Positions 61,041 through 64,000 of a stretch of 64,000 nt of DNA are shown in pieces. Location: the NCBI GenBank assembly GCA_000002445.1, contig CM000208.1, positions 3,990,026 through 4,054,025 of the forward strand. Reading direction: 5' to 3'. This stretch comes from Trypanosoma brucei. Lineage: Eukaryota. The notes beneath the pieces were generated by a model that was given only the letters and a program-made list of their open reading frames with translations, searched no databases and was not told the DNA's origin. The first letter of the stretch is position 1, and each line of letters opens with the position of its first letter. Made by a program: the position numbers and the translations under genes.

Positions 61041-62139
61041 TTATAACAATAATTGTGGTGAAAACCGAATGCGCGGAAAAATAGAGGAAGTTAAAATAAA
61101 GTTTAGAATATATAAAAATAATTGAACCTGTTGGAGAAAGAGCACAAAAATTACTATTTTAAAGAAAATTTTGATAAGAAGGGCAATTATGTGCGGTTTA
61201 AGTGCAGAAATGACAAAAGGTATTATAACAAACAAGAAGAAGGTTGAAATATGAAAGACACAGTAAAAAGCTGTGGTGTGAAGTTTTCACGGTTTACTAA
61301 AAAATATAAGTAACAGAATCTGTAGAATAAAGTGGAAGAAAAACAAGAAACCTTAAAATAATAAGAAAATACTTTGATGGGTAATAAGTGGAAAAATTTT
61401 ATATAAAGTAGGAAAAGTTTCAATGATACATTGCTAATTTTATACTTATATAAGGGTAATAAGGTAACACTATTTAGCGAGCAGGTGCTCCATATTAGTA
61501 TTTGGTCTTGTCTTCAATTTATGAAGAGATTTAACAAGTTACAACATTTAAGATAGGGTAAGACATTCCAAAAATTAACGATTCATAAATGGAAACAACC
61601 TGAAAGAAACAAAGTTTTGAACGAGCGATAAACAAACTAGTTTCTTTTCAAAAACCTAAGATGTTTTATTCTCACAAAAATAACATATAACAAATCAAAA
61701 TTAGCAGCGTACGAAAGTAGTTAAAATAAGTAATGTTTAAAATTCCAAAAATAAAAAAATATGTGACACTTTAAAGATTGACAGGAGTGGATTGAGTCAG
61801 CGATAAATTCAATAGATATGTATGAAAGAAGCTTGGGATTAAAGACGCAGAGCTTTTAAAAAACAAAATTTATGCTAAATTTTTGTCATTATAACCATGA
61901 GGTTCTATAGTGAAACCCTCATTTTGACAGTTTGAACATAAAACACATACAACCATTTAGACAAATAATTCACACATCACAAAAAAAGGGTATAGTAACT
62001 TTGGGCTTTTTGAATATTATTTCAACAAAAATATGCGAATTATTTAACTTTACAGAACCCAGACCATCTTTAAAAGCCCAAAGCCTAATCTCAACTTTAA
62101 ACCAAGCACAACGACGAATATCAGAGGTCTAACTTTAAA
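61041..62139 (+). other. Co-transposed-region-like upstream block of the terminal VSG (copy B of 54616-55707)
   Basis: See 54616-55707. It lies between the 70-bp array and the VSG start, as in expression-site-type cassettes. Confidence 0.8.
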
Positions 62140-63591
62140 ATGCGTTTAGAGGTGCGTCAAACACTTAAGCCAAATGTGACAAAACGCGCACTCGCAACTC
62201 TGACCGTACTCACGACGGCCGCACTGCGGGCCGAAGCTGCGTTCAAAGCGGACGCAGCCGCCGACATGCACCTTCTTTGCGCAGCAATGGCAATCGAAAA
62301 AGTAGAACCAGCAGCGCCGACACTAGCTGACAACTTCGACAATGATATTAGCGAATTGCGCAGAATGAATATGTCGACAGCCGACGACAGCTGGCGAAGC
62401 AATTTCAAAGGCGACCCCAAAACGGACACATGGGAAAGCCGCAGCAAGGCTGGTGCAACAGAGCCATTTGTATCTCATTGGAAAGCCGACTTCGGCAAGT
62501 GGCAGCAAGACTACCAAACGGCGGAGGTCGCAAACAAGCCGAAAACCTGGCTAGCAGACAACCCACAACCGCAGGGAACATACGCCAAAAAAGTAGCGCA
62601 CAAACTAATAAACGATACCCTAACTGAACTGATAACCAAGATCGCGGACTACGCACAAACCAAACACAAGATAGCCCAAGCAGGTGCAACGAAGGTGAAA
62701 GAGCTAATCTCAGAAGCACTATACGGCGCCGGCCAGACAAGCTTCGAACCGAAAAGCGACGCTACGTACAAGTACTCCAGCAACTACGGCACCGCCTGCG
62801 GCGGCAACGGAGGCATGAGCATCGCAGGCGACTTACTCTGCATATGCTGCCAAGCCACAACCGGCACTACCAATGCGTGCGACAATAGCGGTATACAATG
62901 CGACTGGTCATCAAACAACATGAACAATCACATCGCCACAGTAAGAAAGAAGTGCCCCACAAGCAAGCCATCTAAGCTAACCTTAGCAGGACTCATACAG
63001 CTAGCAGCTCAACTAAAAGCCGGCATCAGGAAGGGAGCCAAAGGCACCGCAGTCGCCTTCTACCTCGGCGGAAGCCACGACACCTGCGACGGCACCACCG
63101 ACCAAACTTGCGTTGACTACACCGCACATTACGGCGCTGGCGGCACCAAAAGCGGAGTCAACAGCATACCATGGATAGTCAAGCTCAACGACGCCATCGA
63201 AACCATGGAAGAGATGGAGAAAAATGCCCAGAAGGCCAGAGAAGAAGCAAAGGAAATCCGGATGCTAATAGCCGCTGCGAAAAGAGCGTACAGGACCGCA
63301 ATCGAGCCTTCAATGAAACAAAGCAACGAACCAGCCAAAAGCAGTGAAGGCCAGACGAAGATGCAGCAGCCCAGCGAAACAGAAGATAGCTGCAACAAAA
63401 AGGGGCAAAATGAATGCAACTCTCCATGCAAATGGAATCCCGAAGCAGAGGGGAAAAAATGCAAATTGGACAAGGAGGAAGTAAAAAAGATAGCAGATGA
63501 GGTTGCAAAGGATGCAAAAACAAACACCACAGGAAGCAATTCGTTTGTCATTAGCAAGGGCCCTCTTTTGCTTGCATTTTTGCTTTTTTAA
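62140..63591 (+). CDS. VSG: Intact telomere-adjacent VSG (type B N-terminal domain), 483 aa
   Basis: Uninterrupted ORF with signal peptide MRLEVRQTLKPNVTKRALATLTVLTTAALRAEA, Cys pattern GTACGGNGG…LLCICCQATTG…CDNSGIQC, C-terminal domain CNKKGQNECNSPCKWNPEAEGKKCKLDKEE, and GPI signal GSNSFVISKGPLLLAFLLF. A perfect 16-mer TGATATATTTTAACAC lies at 63643-63658, and the telomere repeats begin about 130 bp after it. Confidence 0.95.
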   Translation: MRLEVRQTLKPNVTKRALATLTVLTTAALRAEAAFKADAAADMHLLCAAMAIEKVEPAAPTLADNFDNDISELRRMNMSTADDSWRSNFKGDPKTDTWESRSKAGATEPFVSHWKADFGKWQQDYQTAEVANKPKTWLADNPQPQGTYAKKVAHKLINDTLTELITKIADYAQTKHKIAQAGATKVKELISEALYGAGQTSFEPKSDATYKYSSNYGTACGGNGGMSIAGDLLCICCQATTGTTNACDNSGIQCDWSSNNMNNHIATVRKKCPTSKPSKLTLAGLIQLAAQLKAGIRKGAKGTAVAFYLGGSHDTCDGTTDQTCVDYTAHYGAGGTKSGVNSIPWIVKLNDAIETMEEMEKNAQKAREEAKEIRMLIAAAKRAYRTAIEPSMKQSNEPAKSSEGQTKMQQPSETEDSCNKKGQNECNSPCKWNPEAEGKKCKLDKEEVKKIADEVAKDAKTNTTGSNSFVISKGPLLLAFLLF

Positions 63592-63642
63592 GTTTTTCCC
63601 CTCTTTTTCTTGCTAAATTTTCTTGCTACTTGAAAAAGTTTC

Positions 63643-63658
63643 TGATATATTTTAACAC
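63643..63658 (+). promoter_or_regulatory. Conserved VSG 3' UTR 16-mer, the known mRNA stability element of VSG transcripts
   Basis: Exact TGATATATTTTAACAC 52 nt after the stop codon of the terminal VSG. The same exact 16-mer occurs at 20181-20196. Degenerate versions follow most other VSGs, for example 37547-37562. Confidence 0.85.
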
Positions 63659-63789
63659 CTAAAAATTTACCCGAAAAAAATTGAGCTGTTTTTTTGTAAG
63701 TTGTAAACTCTCTGATTGTCTAGAAATTTTTTCTGACAACTAAAATTTTTTCCTTTTCCTGTTTTTTTTGAGAAAGTGGGGGGGGTAGT

Positions 63790-64000
63790 TAGGTAGGTTA
63801 GGGTTAGGGTTAGGGTTAGGGTTAGGGTTAGGGTTAGGGTTAGGGTTAGGGTTAGGGTTAGGGTTAGGGTTAGGGTTAGGGTTAGGGTTAGGGTTAGGGT
63901 TAGGGTTAGGGTTAGGGTTAGGGTTAGGGTTAGGGTTAGGGTTAGGGTTAGGGTTAGGGTTAGGGTTAGGGTTAGGGTTAGGGTTAGGGTTAGGGTTAGG
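63790..64000 (+). repeat. Telomere: about 34 TTAGGG repeats, with the G-rich strand running 5' to 3' to the end of the window (a chromosome right end)
   Basis: gggggggtagttaggtaggttagggttagggttaggg..., then perfect hexamers to position 64000. Confidence 0.97.

Noticed and set aside
54545-62140. A canonical bloodstream expression site
   Set aside because: No ESAG-like ORFs lie between the array and the VSG or anywhere upstream in the window; ESAG1, 2, 3 and 11 would be expected just upstream of the 70-bp repeats. The region upstream of the 70-bp array is a VSG pseudogene. This is recorded as uncertain rather than excluded, because a promoter could lie beyond the window.
63790-64000. Minichromosome origin of the terminal VSG
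   Set aside because: No 177-bp satellite repeats are present, and at least 57 kb of complex VSG array with a retroelement lies upstream. This is inconsistent with a minichromosome.

Overview
This window looks like the right-hand end of an African trypanosome chromosome (Trypanosoma brucei group). It contains a head-to-tail array of about 17 variant surface glycoprotein (VSG) genes, pseudogenes and fragments. All are on the + strand and point toward a terminal (TTAGGG)n telomere tract at 63790-64000. Almost every VSG cassette is preceded by one to three copies of the 70-bp repeat (a TAA/TGA triplet run followed by AGGAGAGTGTTGTGAGTGTGTATATACGAATATTATAATAAGAGCAGTAATAATAAT). Each is followed by a VSG-type 3' region with variants of the 16-mer TGATATATTTTAACAC. 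VSG identity rests on recognisable family signatures read directly from the translations: a signal peptide, an Ala-rich helical N-terminal domain of type A or type B, a Cys/Lys-rich C-terminal domain (for example CKWE...CKDSSFLVNKKF), and a hydrophobic GPI-signal tail such as LLLAFLLL or AAFVSLVIL. Most copies are pseudogenes with frameshifts, stops or truncations. The intact or near-intact copies are at 27039-28532, 30403-32013, 33337-34875, 18696-20201 and the terminal gene 62140-63591. The terminal VSG has an expression-site-like layout: a 3.6-kb 70-bp repeat array, a ~1.1-kb upstream block, an intact VSG, a perfect 16-mer, and the telomere 130 bp further on. No ESAGs were seen, and a degenerate duplicate of the same cassette sits immediately upstream of the 70-bp array. 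Other content is a degenerate ingi-type non-LTR retrotransposon (45786-~51100, with AP-endonuclease, reverse transcriptase, RNase H and C2H2 remnants) inserted in a VSG 3' region; a tandemly duplicated 3.8-kb VSG cassette with a third decayed copy 26 kb away; two unrelated VSGs sharing an identical frameshifted 3' end; a ~450-bp perfect (TAA)n tract; a recurrent ~80-bp non-coding element about 1 kb upstream of many VSGs; and a small non-VSG degenerate ORF cluster of unknown family. There are no prokaryotic features. Many ORFs in the supplied track are repeat or antisense artefacts.
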